In this document: one piece after another, positions 56,315 to 64,000 of the stretch
Layout of the letters: every line of letters starts with the position of its first letter
How positions within the stretch are numbered: position 1 is the stretch's first letter
Virus record (IMG/VR): IMGVR_UViG_3300042445_001485
Length of the DNA stretch: 64,000 bases
Source of the DNA: a virus
Lineage: Duplodnaviria; Caudoviricetes
Direction: 5' to 3' (one strand)
Position numbers and translations under genes: made by a program
Notes under the pieces: model-generated
Told to the model about the DNA's origin: nothing
What the model saw: the letters and a program-made list of their open reading frames with translations, nothing else
Databases searched by the model: none

Positions 56315-57135
56315 TAGTCAGCGTTCTTCCCGCACTTGGCTCTTTTGGCATTTGTTAATGCACCAAAGTCAACTTTCCACTCTGCACCAGGTTGAACTTC
56401 TATCACACCTGCGGGGAACTTGTAGTCTACACCGGCTACTTTTTCTATCTCTGCAATGGACCGACGGAATACTGTCAAGTCGTTGCCCAGGTTAACATAG
56501 GGTTTGGTGTGCGGGAATACCCAACCTGCGGCCTGCTTGGTTGTGTTGTTGATCACAATCTTGTAGTATCCATGTGGAACAACAACACCGTTGCCGATAG
56601 TGGGATCACCGGCACCGTACAATGCACCCACATAAATTGTAAAGGGTTGATTCAGTTGTACAGTCCATCCACGAACTGCTGTTTCCAACAGTTTCCAAAT
56701 GCCACGATTCAAACTACCGTGTTGTGGATACATGTTGGTCATTAAGAAACTTTCGTATTCTACTTGTTGACTCCATGAAAGGTCACCGTCAGGTGCGGCA
56801 TGGCCTTTGTCGTAGCCTGTGCCAGCATAGTCGTCTGGGCGAGCACCTGTACCATTTAAACTGGCATCAGCAACAAACGCATTTGTGCGGGGAAAGCAAC
56901 CAAGTGCGTTCTGTGGTAGCAGGGTGTAGGCCACATAAGCAGGAATCTTTACCGGAGCATCATATGCCACAAGATATGCTTCACGGCAAATGGCCTGCAC
57001 TGGTCGTTTGACTACAGCAAATCCATAAGGGCTATGGACTGCACAGGCTTGTACAGGATTAGGAGGCCGTTGGTCCCAGGCTTGTGCAGAAAATACACCC
57101 GTTGCTAGGGCAATTGATAACAAAAACTTCTTCAT
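56314..57135 (-). CDS. secreted DNA/RNA non-specific endonuclease (NucA type)
   Basis: Signal peptide; YDKGH-x-AP, NMYPQ-x3-LNRGIW. Confidence 0.92.
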   Translation of the reverse strand: MKKFLLSIALATGVFSAQAWDQRPPNPVQACAVHSPYGFAVVKRPVQAICREAYLVAYDAPVKIPAYVAYTLLPQNALGCFPRTNAFVADASLNGTGARPDDYAGTGYDKGHAAPDGDLSWSQQVEYESFLMTNMYPQHGSLNRGIWKLLETAVRGWTVQLNQPFTIYVGALYGAGDPTIGNGVVVPHGYYKIVINNTTKQAAGWVFPHTKPYVNLGNDLTVFRRSIAEIEKVAGVDYKFPAGVIEVQPGAEWKVDFGALTNAKRAKCGKNAD

Positions 57136-57159
57136 TGATGGTCCTTTTAAAACAGTTTA

Positions 57160-57774
57160 TTAACTATTTATGGCAGGATCTATGAAGCTTTGAGTGTAGT
57201 CGTAATTGACCATTGTGCTGTAGCTCTGTGTGCGTCGGCGCTCACTGTTGTCAGCATTGGGAATAACACGCAATATTTTTGCACCATTGCGTATATGGAA
57301 CTTGGCCACTGGATCTTTTTGTGCAGATAAAAACTCCATGATGGCATTCATCGTGGGTGGCTCGGCAAAATGTGCGCTCAAATTTGGAATAGGGCTCATT
57401 GTGACAAACTGTTGAATTTCAGGCCGGTTGGCATGAATCCAAGTGGCAGCTTCGCGAATTAGTCGAGCACCAGTGTTTTGTACACCGCTGGGTTTATCAG
57501 TTCTAAACACGCTGTAAAAGACGGCATGGTCTGCTTGAAGGCACACAGCACTAGCAACATCTAGTATCTCATCAATATTGTCGGTTAGACCTTGGATGTA
57601 GGCCACACACAACACCGCTGTGGGTACATTGTTCTCTATCCAGAAAAATATATTACGGTCGAATTCGCATCTTCGGTCAAGGCTACGACTCTCAGTTAAA
57701 CTGTGAACTGGGTCCTGATGAACATATTGTAAGTAATCTGGATGGAACTCTGCTGACCGTAAGTGAACAAGCAT
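57160..57774 (-). CDS. malonyl-CoA decarboxylase catalytic-domain-like protein
   Basis: AVFYS, G-x2-LI, F-x-TMSPIP, DPVAKFHIRNGA, AD-x-S, QS...MVNY-x-Y. Confidence 0.8.
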   Translation of the reverse strand: MLVHLRSAEFHPDYLQYVHQDPVHSLTESRSLDRRCEFDRNIFFWIENNVPTAVLCVAYIQGLTDNIDEILDVASAVCLQADHAVFYSVFRTDKPSGVQNTGARLIREAATWIHANRPEIQQFVTMSPIPNLSAHFAEPPTMNAIMEFLSAQKDPVAKFHIRNGAKILRVIPNADNSERRRTQSYSTMVNYDYTQSFIDPAINS

Positions 57775-57846
57775 ATTGAAAGCCCTCGTGCTATTATATG
57801 CGTATTTATTCTAGAATGAATAAATGATATAAATTAGTCTATAAAT

Positions 57847-57930
57847 TTAAGATTGTTTGGCCGGCGTTGGCAAACGACCGTAGTTGACCCATTCCCAATC
57901 ATCGTCGGTCATTGGTAACCAATTGCACAT
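57847..57930 (-). CDS. micro-protein (27 aa)
   Basis: MCNWLPMTDDDWEWVNYGRLPTPAKQS*, 2 nt after the upstream stop. Confidence 0.45.
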   Translation of the reverse strand: MCNWLPMTDDDWEWVNYGRLPTPAKQS

Positions 57931-57932
57931 GA

Positions 57933-58022
57933 TCAATACCATCCGTAACGAACAGCCTTTTCAGCTCGCACACGACCATAGGCTTCAAAGAAAGCCCAAA
58001 CCTTTGTTAGAATTTTTTTCAT
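57933..58022 (-). CDS. micro-protein (29 aa)
   Basis: MKKILTKVWAFFEAYGRVRAEKAVRYGWY*, ATGA coupling. Confidence 0.5.
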   Translation of the reverse strand: MKKILTKVWAFFEAYGRVRAEKAVRYGWY

Positions 58023-58171
58023 ATTGCCCACTTTTTTTGTTGTTCTTGGTTATAGAAATTGATCCAATACTCAACTTCGGCAGTTGATTTTGGTTGCTTG
58101 CTAACTACATAATATTCCACGCTGTCTTGGTAAGTTGGCGTTGTGAATAGACTTTTGATCCATTTTAACAT
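58019..58171 (-). CDS. small protein (50 aa)
   Basis: AAGGAG SD before MLKWIKS; TAAATA upstream. Confidence 0.6.
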   Translation of the reverse strand: MLKWIKSLFTTPTYQDSVEYYVVSKQPKSTAEVEYWINFYNQEQQKKWAI

Positions 58172-58236
58172 TTTAATCTCCTTAGTAGAAACCTTATTAG
58201 TGTTTCTACTAGTATTTATCATGCACTGCAACAAAG

Positions 58237-59091
58237 TTAAGAGAATCGCACCGATTTTACAAATTGCCTTGCGGCCAAATGATCTAAGTCTAGGGGAGTC
58301 GTTAGGTCTGCTAGGGGAAAACTGGCATTGGTGTAACAGTACTGCCAAGCACCAAAGAACTCTTGATTTTTGAGATAGTAGTTGTACATCTGCATGTACT
58401 TCGCATCTGCTTGCTCTGGTGTTCTAGCAAAAAAACGCACAACAAAATCTGCACTATAGTGTCTAAAAGGCTTGAACGCTTCCGCGGCTATGTACTGATC
58501 ATTGTCTTCGGCCAGGTCCTGTATAGTTTTGCCAATTTCCGCATAGTTTAAAAAAACTGTGCCCGGGCGCCAAATATGTACAGCATGAGTATAATCGGAA
58601 TCTCTTAGCACTTGGTCTTTGGGCAAACCAAACCAGGTGACCACATGCCTGGCGTCAGCGCCGCGGGCAACACTTTCACAACGATGTACTAGTATGTTTA
58701 GATCCGCTAGTGCTCGGCGCACAGAATCTGGCGCTCGTAACCAAAATTCGCTATTCTGTTGGTCCAGTAAACCGTGATAGCGTTCAAAGATATTATGTAA
58801 GTAGTTTAGGGTGTCTTGATCTGTGACGGTGTCAAGTGTACGATCAATGATTGGTTGATGAGAATTTATTAGACTAATACATTTGTTGATCTGTAGCAAT
58901 GCCGTTTCAACCTGATCGCTGCCTAGGCCATAAAATCTAGCAGGATCATCAATGGGGTACTGGGCTTGTGCTGTTTCCACACGCTCTATCCAACGAGCAA
59001 CCACAGGATTATTTCTTAACTGAAATTCTAAGGTAATACAATCATCTAGATCTTCGGGGTCAGCATAATCGATTAACAGTTTTTTATACAT
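58237..59091 (-). CDS. hypothetical protein
   Basis: 284-aa ORF; LNYLH-x2-FE, LN-x2-VH-x2-E. Confidence 0.7.
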   Translation of the reverse strand: MYKKLLIDYADPEDLDDCITLEFQLRNNPVVARWIERVETAQAQYPIDDPARFYGLGSDQVETALLQINKCISLINSHQPIIDRTLDTVTDQDTLNYLHNIFERYHGLLDQQNSEFWLRAPDSVRRALADLNILVHRCESVARGADARHVVTWFGLPKDQVLRDSDYTHAVHIWRPGTVFLNYAEIGKTIQDLAEDNDQYIAAEAFKPFRHYSADFVVRFFARTPEQADAKYMQMYNYYLKNQEFFGAWQYCYTNASFPLADLTTPLDLDHLAARQFVKSVRFS

Positions 59092-59111
59092 CTAGCAATT
59101 ATACTAGAAAA

Positions 59112-59615
59112 TCAGCACTTTGTAAAGTCTTGGTACTTGAACCACTTTTTCATTCTGTGAGCTGTTTTTAAGTTTATTCCGTATTCGGCCATTCTGTCAC
59201 GGTATATGAAGAAGGCTGATCGATGTGTCATTCTACGATCTTCCCCGCGACTTTCATAGTATTCGCCTACGACATCCCATTCGTATTGGTGTGCCATTTC
59301 GTGTGCCACTGTTGTGACCATCCACTGAACACAAAACCACTTGTCGCTGATCTTCATAGTGCAATACGTGCCGGGATTGGTCATTTCGTCATGTCCGGTA
59401 CATTCACCCCAGAATCCTTTGAATTGTCCCACTGTGATTGGTGGCCGCTTTAGTTCGTTGTCAAAAATATAACGGTTTACAATATTATATGTGTATATAA
59501 TTTCATCAGTGGTAGGTCGGTACAGTTTCCGTCGTTGCTCTGTTAAAGAGGGCAACGGAGCCTGCATCATCGCTCGAATTGGGTTGGGTCTTGCCATAGA
59601 AAATGCTCCAGACAA
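59112..59615 (-). CDS. SprT-like zinc metalloprotease domain protein
   Basis: TVAHEMAHQY...MTH-x3-F. Confidence 0.75.
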   Translation of the reverse strand: MSGAFSMARPNPIRAMMQAPLPSLTEQRRKLYRPTTDEIIYTYNIVNRYIFDNELKRPPITVGQFKGFWGECTGHDEMTNPGTYCTMKISDKWFCVQWMVTTVAHEMAHQYEWDVVGEYYESRGEDRRMTHRSAFFIYRDRMAEYGINLKTAHRMKKWFKYQDFTKC

Positions 59616-59662
59616 TCGTATTTAACGACTGTGCTGGAGCAATTATACTATGCTAAAACTAC

Positions 59663-60472
59663 TTATCTGAATGTAATTTGTCCAACTACAGCATTGGGTT
59701 TTGCCAATGCTTCTGCCCGCTTTTGCTTATATTCTGTGTTATCCACATCTAAGAGCTTGATTTCTGTACCGGATGTGGTACTAACCTTTTCTGCGGGTTT
59801 TGCGGCTTCGGGAACCACAACAGGCTCAACTTTAGATTGGGGTTGTACTATGGTTTCTCCACGATCCAGGCTTTCACGATCAAGCTCGGCCTTGCGATTG
59901 CGCTCAACTTGCTCTTTCAATTCCTGTTCTGCGCGACGGGCATTTACAGCCTGGTTTCGTTGTGCTCGAGATGCAAGTTCTGCAGTCAACAACTGATTGG
60001 CATCTCCTAGGGGGTAACGCATCAACACAAACACACGGAAGGTCGACCCTTCTTGTGTGATCTGACTGTCTACTTTGTGGTGCCCAATAATGGTTGCACT
60101 AGCAACTTTACGAGTCAACATCTCAGCACTCTCAGCACCATACTTGCCTCCGGTGTCTGTCTTGAAGCTCTTGATCATGGCTTCGACTTGACTCTTCATT
60201 TGGAATGCCAACTTGGCGTCGGCATCCAGCGTGGCTTTCTGCACAGTCATGCCCAAGAATGGACCTGTTGCTTCGCCCACAACAAAGATATGTTGTGCTG
60301 TGTTCTCAGGTGGTTGTATAAACCAGTCCGGAACTTTCAGTGTGGGCACCACTGTGCCTTGTGCTTTCAGCACCGTGGTAGGTAAGGTTTGTTCAACCTT
60401 GGTCTGTGGATTTGCCGCACAGCCTGCAAACAGCAAACTCAAAACACTCAATGCAATTAAACTACGATTCAT
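59663..60472 (-). CDS. lipoprotein (LPP20-like)
   Basis: Lipobox FAGC; PDWF, A-x3-A-x-AKLA pattern. Confidence 0.7.
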   Translation of the reverse strand: MNRSLIALSVLSLLFAGCAANPQTKVEQTLPTTVLKAQGTVVPTLKVPDWFIQPPENTAQHIFVVGEATGPFLGMTVQKATLDADAKLAFQMKSQVEAMIKSFKTDTGGKYGAESAEMLTRKVASATIIGHHKVDSQITQEGSTFRVFVLMRYPLGDANQLLTAELASRAQRNQAVNARRAEQELKEQVERNRKAELDRESLDRGETIVQPQSKVEPVVVPEAAKPAEKVSTTSGTEIKLLDVDNTEYKQKRAEALAKPNAVVGQITFR

Positions 60473-60524
60473 TTTAAACCTCTCGGGTTAGTTAATATAA
60501 CACAACTATACTATAGAACTCTTT

Positions 60525-61094
60525 TTAGAACAAGTCTACAACTTGCCATTTTCCGGGTTGCATAGTACACATGATTCCAGCAAAACCAACAGGTTTTCCC
60601 AAGTGTGCTTCTTTATAGGAAAACCACTTGCAGTCGGTGCCTTGGTGCCTAAATGGTCGAGGATAGCGGTGGAACACGCCCACTTCACTTTCCTGTATCC
60701 AATCACCAACCTGAATCCGTTCACGAATTCGGATAGGTGGGGCATCAGTACACACCATACTGGATTCTGAGTTAACCACAGGGTCATCTACAGGGATTAA
60801 AAATCTTGCCTGTGCAATATCACGAGCATTGGAACAGGCCTGCTGATCCGTCTCTGCGATTCCTTCGCCTTCTGCGTCTTGCCATTCGTTATTGATCTGC
60901 ACACGCATGGTGGCTATACATTTACGAAGCCCGTTATAGGGCAGTTTGATTTCTTTTACATCTGCAATTCGTTGCAATTGGCTGGTGCCAGAAACAACTG
61001 TTGCTGAACGCACATAACACTGGGCCGCCGCCGAAGTGGCCATAGCCAGTGCTATGGCCGTTATGAGCGGGCGCATTCTGTTCTTAGTGTCCAT
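60525..61094 (-). CDS. exported hypothetical protein
   Basis: Signal peptide, paired Cys. Confidence 0.65.
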   Translation of the reverse strand: MDTKNRMRPLITAIALAMATSAAAQCYVRSATVVSGTSQLQRIADVKEIKLPYNGLRKCIATMRVQINNEWQDAEGEGIAETDQQACSNARDIAQARFLIPVDDPVVNSESSMVCTDAPPIRIRERIQVGDWIQESEVGVFHRYPRPFRHQGTDCKWFSYKEAHLGKPVGFAGIMCTMQPGKWQVVDLF

Positions 61095-61351
61095 ATCTTC
61101 AACTTTGTTAGAGTATAAAATTTCTTACTAATTGTGTCGGGCCGGTCATTGCCCACCACGCCATCTACCACATAAAATTTTCTTGCGGTCAACTGTTGTT
61201 CCAATTGTGCAATTTGACTTGCCTGACGACGGCAATCAATTTGAAATGCGGCAACTTCTTGTTCAGTCATCAAACGGACTGGCGCAGGCGGGGGAGCCGA
61301 CGCACAGCCAGTCAGGGCCAGGGCTAGTATTAGACCGTAACGGATTTCCAT
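61061..61351 (-). CDS. lipoprotein
   Basis: Lipobox LTGC. Confidence 0.65.
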   Translation of the reverse strand: MEIRYGLILALALTGCASAPPPAPVRLMTEQEVAAFQIDCRRQASQIAQLEQQLTARKFYVVDGVVGNDRPDTISKKFYTLTKLKIWTLRTECARS

Positions 61352-61518
61352 GAGTCTGCCTTGGGTTGGCGATGGAATGTCGCCACAGAGCGAATGGCTC
61401 GCTCGGCCTCTTTCTCCTGAACTTGGGCGTTACGCATGACATAACGCACAGCCTCGCGGGTGCGAAACTGTAGTTGGAACACGGCTTGATTAGCCATCTC
61501 TTCGGTACGCTCATTCAT
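61330..61518 (-). CDS. hypothetical protein
   Basis: AAGGAG SD. Confidence 0.55.
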   Translation of the reverse strand: MNERTEEMANQAVFQLQFRTREAVRYVMRNAQVQEKEAERAIRSVATFHRQPKADSWKSVTV

Positions 61519-61699
61519 CGTTTTCTCCTTGGTTGCGATGTTTAGGGTTGCGTTGAAACTTGTTTTTAACAGTCACAGTCTTGGGACGAAACGGAGTGTT
61601 TTGTGCAAACAGCACAAAGTGCGCCCGTGGACTGGGATTCTGTTTCAGTTTCAGTTTGATTTTCACTTCAGTCTCCGCTGTCAATCTGATAACAGTCAT
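61511..61699 (-). CDS. basic hypothetical protein
   Basis: ORF in coupled run; start uncertain. Confidence 0.5.
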   Translation of the reverse strand: MTVIRLTAETEVKIKLKLKQNPSPRAHFVLFAQNTPFRPKTVTVKNKFQRNPKHRNQGENDE

Positions 61700-61952
61700 T
61701 ACAGTGTTGGCAAGTGTATTCAGTTAAACAACGACCAACAGTCTTACTGGTGTAAGAATGTGTGCATGGCTCGCCATGCTGATTGTGATTGACCTTGCCA
61801 GTGGAACGACCAAACATGTATTGGCTGCCACAATTTCTACACGGTAGTGTGTCAGTTTCACGATCATATCCGGCTAGTACACTTTTGTGTTGATGTCCAC
61901 CAGCAGGTACGCGACAGGTTCCGTTGCAAACGGGGCAGGTTCCTTGTGTCAT
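61668..61952 (-). CDS. Zn-ribbon protein
   Basis: CPVC, CRNC, CTH, CQHC. Confidence 0.65.
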   Translation of the reverse strand: MTQGTCPVCNGTCRVPAGGHQHKSVLAGYDRETDTLPCRNCGSQYMFGRSTGKVNHNQHGEPCTHSYTSKTVGRCLTEYTCQHCNDCYQIDSGD

Positions 61953-62035
61953 TTTACAAATTCCTCAATTAATACACAGGCCAACATTAGCCAAACAGGA
62001 GCCATAACAATGGCCAAATTTACGATTGCTTGCAT
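61949..62035 (-). CDS. micro membrane peptide (28 aa)
   Basis: MQAIVNLAIVMAPVWLMLACVLIEEFVK*, AGGA upstream, stop overlaps the next ATG. Confidence 0.5.
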   Translation of the reverse strand: MQAIVNLAIVMAPVWLMLACVLIEEFVK

Positions 62036-62046
62036 ACTGATTCCTA

Positions 62047-62274
62047 TCATTTCAAAATATGATTGACCACTTGCGAACGCACAAATGCATTTTCAATCTT
62101 GTCCAAATTTTGTATGGCTTGCACTTTTAACATTCTTGCGGCAGGGTCTGTTTCTTGATATTGCACATAAGTCATCAATGCACTCTGCTCCATGCCTTTG
62201 GCACAGGCACCAAGAATCGCTAATCCGCCAACTACCAAAACCCATGTGGGTAGTGATAAGATAAAATCAATCAT
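62047..62274 (-). CDS. membrane hypothetical protein
   Basis: N-terminal TM. Confidence 0.6.
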   Translation of the reverse strand: MIDFILSLPTWVLVVGGLAILGACAKGMEQSALMTYVQYQETDPAARMLKVQAIQNLDKIENAFVRSQVVNHILK

Positions 62275-62646
62275 TTAAGCCACCTTTCGAAAATAACCAT
62301 AGGGCAAGCCCTGGGTGAAAGCAAAATACTCCGAGTCGCCATTGGCGTGTTCGGCCTCCATGAGCCATGCAATCACACGCTCGCGGTTTGTACCAGTGTG
62401 CATAAGATTCAGCACACGGTCTTCAAACCGCACAATGGCTTCGGCTTCTGCGGCCTTGCGAGCCGTTTCTTCTTGCTCGATCGCTTCGCCCAGTATTTTA
62501 AATTCGGCTTCAAAGTATTCCAGGGTCCAACCACTGGTGTCGACACCACGAGGGCGGACGCCATAAGCATCTTTGTACATGTCACTGTAGGTGGCCTGAG
62601 CTTGCTCCAGTGCAGACATTTCTTCCCAACTTTTGAACTGTTCCAT
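62275..62646 (-). CDS. early hypothetical protein
   Basis: YSDMYKDAYGVRPRG; ATG after AAGGAG. Confidence 0.7.
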   Translation of the reverse strand: MEQFKSWEEMSALEQAQATYSDMYKDAYGVRPRGVDTSGWTLEYFEAEFKILGEAIEQEETARKAAEAEAIVRFEDRVLNLMHTGTNRERVIAWLMEAEHANGDSEYFAFTQGLPYGYFRKVA

Positions 62647-62676
62647 TGCTGACTCCTTTTTACTTACTATGCCACT

Positions 62677-62705
62677 ATTATACAAAAGAAATCTTTTCGA
62701 GTCAA
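62677..62705 (-). promoter_or_regulatory. sigma70-type early promoter
   Basis: TTGACT-N17-TATAAT. Confidence 0.8.
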
Positions 62706-62803
62706 CCGTTTAACTGCTTGATCAGCAACTGATGCAGGGTGGGTTTGAGCCCCATGCGTTTGCGAAACAGTTCGCCCAGTGTTGGCTTTTTGGTTTTTGT
62801 CAT
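62702..62803 (-). CDS. micro basic protein (33 aa)
   Basis: MTKTKKPTLGELFRKRMGLKP...; AAGGA SD; promoter TTGATC-N17-TATAAT at 62834-62862. Confidence 0.55.
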   Translation of the reverse strand: MTKTKKPTLGELFRKRMGLKPTLHQLLIKQLNG

Positions 62804-62858
62804 CTGCTTTTCCTTTTTTGTTTTCATGTTCTAATTATACTAATGATTCCATTTCGGA

Positions 62859-63092
62859 TCAACCAAATACTTTATACAAACCCAAAACACACAGGACTAT
62901 GGCTACGCCATTAATGATCATCTGTTGTTTATTTGCAACACGAATAGCCCATGCAAAAAAGCATACAGCACCGCCTAGTCCCATTATAATGTTCCAGGGG
63001 TAGAGATTGGGGAAAAAGTTCATAATTGCATACATCACTAAGATAAATGCTGTTCCAATCCACTGTATAATTTCATTGATTTTTAAGTTCAT
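62859..63092 (-). CDS. small three-TM membrane protein
   Basis: Hydrophobic; ATG 6 nt after a -10 box. Confidence 0.65.
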   Translation of the reverse strand: MNLKINEIIQWIGTAFILVMYAIMNFFPNLYPWNIIMGLGGAVCFFAWAIRVANKQQMIINGVAIVLCVLGLYKVFG

Positions 63093-63098
63093 ACAAAT

Positions 63099-63127
63099 AT
63101 TATACAAAAGATACCATTGTGAGTCAA
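63099..63127 (-). promoter_or_regulatory. sigma70-type early promoter
   Basis: TTGACT-N17-TATAAT. Confidence 0.8.
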
Positions 63128-63134
63128 CCAAAAG

Positions 63135-63158
63135 AAAAGCCCCAAACGGGGCTTTTTT
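63135..63158. terminator. bidirectional intrinsic terminator
   Basis: AAAAGCCCC-AAAC-GGGGCTTTTTT. Confidence 0.8.
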
Positions 63159-63167
63159 GTAACAGAA

Positions 63168-63202
63168 AGTACTACCGGTAAAAGTAGTACTAGAGTATTA
63201 CT
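63168..63202. repeat. AGTA-N-TACT cluster
   Basis: AGTACTACC (63168), AGTAGTACT (63183), AGTATTACT (63194). Confidence 0.65.
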
Positions 63203-63476
63203 TTGCTTTAGCGGTCTTGGGAGCGAAAACTGCCAACATGTCTTGAGTGGCTTTGACATAGTCAAATTTTGTCACGGCTTCCATTTGCTTGACCATTTCA
63301 CTGGTCAATGTGGTCACTGTATCAGTGCCAACTTTGGCGGCTCGTTTGGTGTAGTCGGCTTGTGCGTCAATGAATTTGATCATTGCTTCTTTGGTTGCTT
63401 CGTTTGTAACAAATGTGTTAACAAATGTTTTTTTACCAGTTTGAACTGTGTCGATGATTGCGTCTGCTGTAAACAT
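63198..63476 (-). CDS. helical hypothetical protein (weakly phasin-like)
   Basis: Ala/Thr/Lys amphipathic helices, AAGGA SD. Confidence 0.6.
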   Translation of the reverse strand: MFTADAIIDTVQTGKKTFVNTFVTNEATKEAMIKFIDAQADYTKRAAKVGTDTVTTLTSEMVKQMEAVTKFDYVKATQDMLAVFAPKTAKAK

Positions 63477-63669
63477 AATTTCTTTCCTTTATATAAGCGA
63501 AATTTACTTTTCTAAGAGCCCACCTGATTGCGGCACCCTACAAAGTATTTAGCAATTATACTAGTGGTAAACCATGAAAGTCAATGGTTTTCTCTAGTGA
63601 GCTGTCACTAAATAATAGTGTAATACTTAAAAGAGTAAATACAAGTATATTTCAATTTAGGAGATCAAA

Positions 63670-63945
63670 ATGGAAATTTTAATTGTTGCTCTAGTAGCAG
63701 TGGGCTTTTGGTTAGTTTGGCAAGCAAACAAATCTAAAAGGTTTGATATTAACAAAGACGGCAAAGTAGACATGGCAGATGCTCAAGCCGCAGTGGTCAA
63801 AGTTGAGGAAGCTGTTGTTGCCGAAGTTAAAGAAGCTGTTGAAGAAGTCAAAGTTGTTGCCAAGAAAACTGCTACTCGGGCCAAAGCCGCTGGTGACGCA
63901 GTAAAAAAGGCCACTACACGGACTAAAAAAACCACCGCTGAGTAA
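63670..63945 (+). CDS. membrane-anchored protein with EF-hand/dockerin-like loop
   Basis: TM then FDINKDGKVDMADA; TAAATA and AGGAG upstream. Confidence 0.7.
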   Translation: MEILIVALVAVGFWLVWQANKSKRFDINKDGKVDMADAQAAVVKVEEAVVAEVKEAVEEVKVVAKKTATRAKAAGDAVKKATTRTKKTTAE

Positions 63946-64000
63946 TGTCAAGACTTGATTTTGGGGTGTTGGTAAACAGTCCAACCTGTAAATTCCATCT

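Noticed and set aside
10222-62685. ORF-track N-termini such as MYNSGIVSKK, MYNCCIVIKK, MVDSKRHLLYN
   Set aside because: These are translations of the repeated promoter/RBS modules, not a shared protein domain; starts were moved to the ATG after AAGGAG.
1-64000. Stop-codon reassignment as in some jumbo phages
   Set aside because: Conserved genes (PhoH, ligase, clamp loader, porin) are full length under the standard code, and TAA, TGA and TAG all serve as stops.

Overview
This 64-kb window looks like part of a jumbo dsDNA tailed-phage genome. It has T4-like late TAAATA promoters, consensus sigma70 early promoters, dense minus-strand genes and the standard genetic code. Porin, Bug/TctC and PcaIJ-like genes suggest a betaproteobacterial host (inference). 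Content: lysis cassette (GH19 endolysin, spanins), PhoH, clamp loader, GroES-like protein, an isolated DnaE fragment, fibre/baseplate-type virion genes, IscA/SOD/IF-1, ATP-dependent DNA ligase, porin, nuclease, peptidases and many small hypothetical genes. The strongest find is absent from the ORF track: a circularly permuted (two-piece) tmRNA gene at 42930-43405 (-). It has a G3.U70 alanine acceptor stem, encoded CCA and tag ANDSQFALAA*. Its normally short intervening segment is 225 nt and holds a complete 70-codon ORF with its own Shine-Dalgarno. Other highlights: a dispersed acyl-CoA/beta-keto-acid toolkit (acyl-CoA ligase-SDR-BKACE operon, fused CoA transferase, minimal malonyl-CoA decarboxylase), a nucleotidyltransferase-deaminase fusion, capsid-targeting-like N-termini on several enzymes, apparently leaderless late genes, two expanded paralog families, and repeated promoter/operator motifs. 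All product calls come from motif recognition by eye; no database searches were run.
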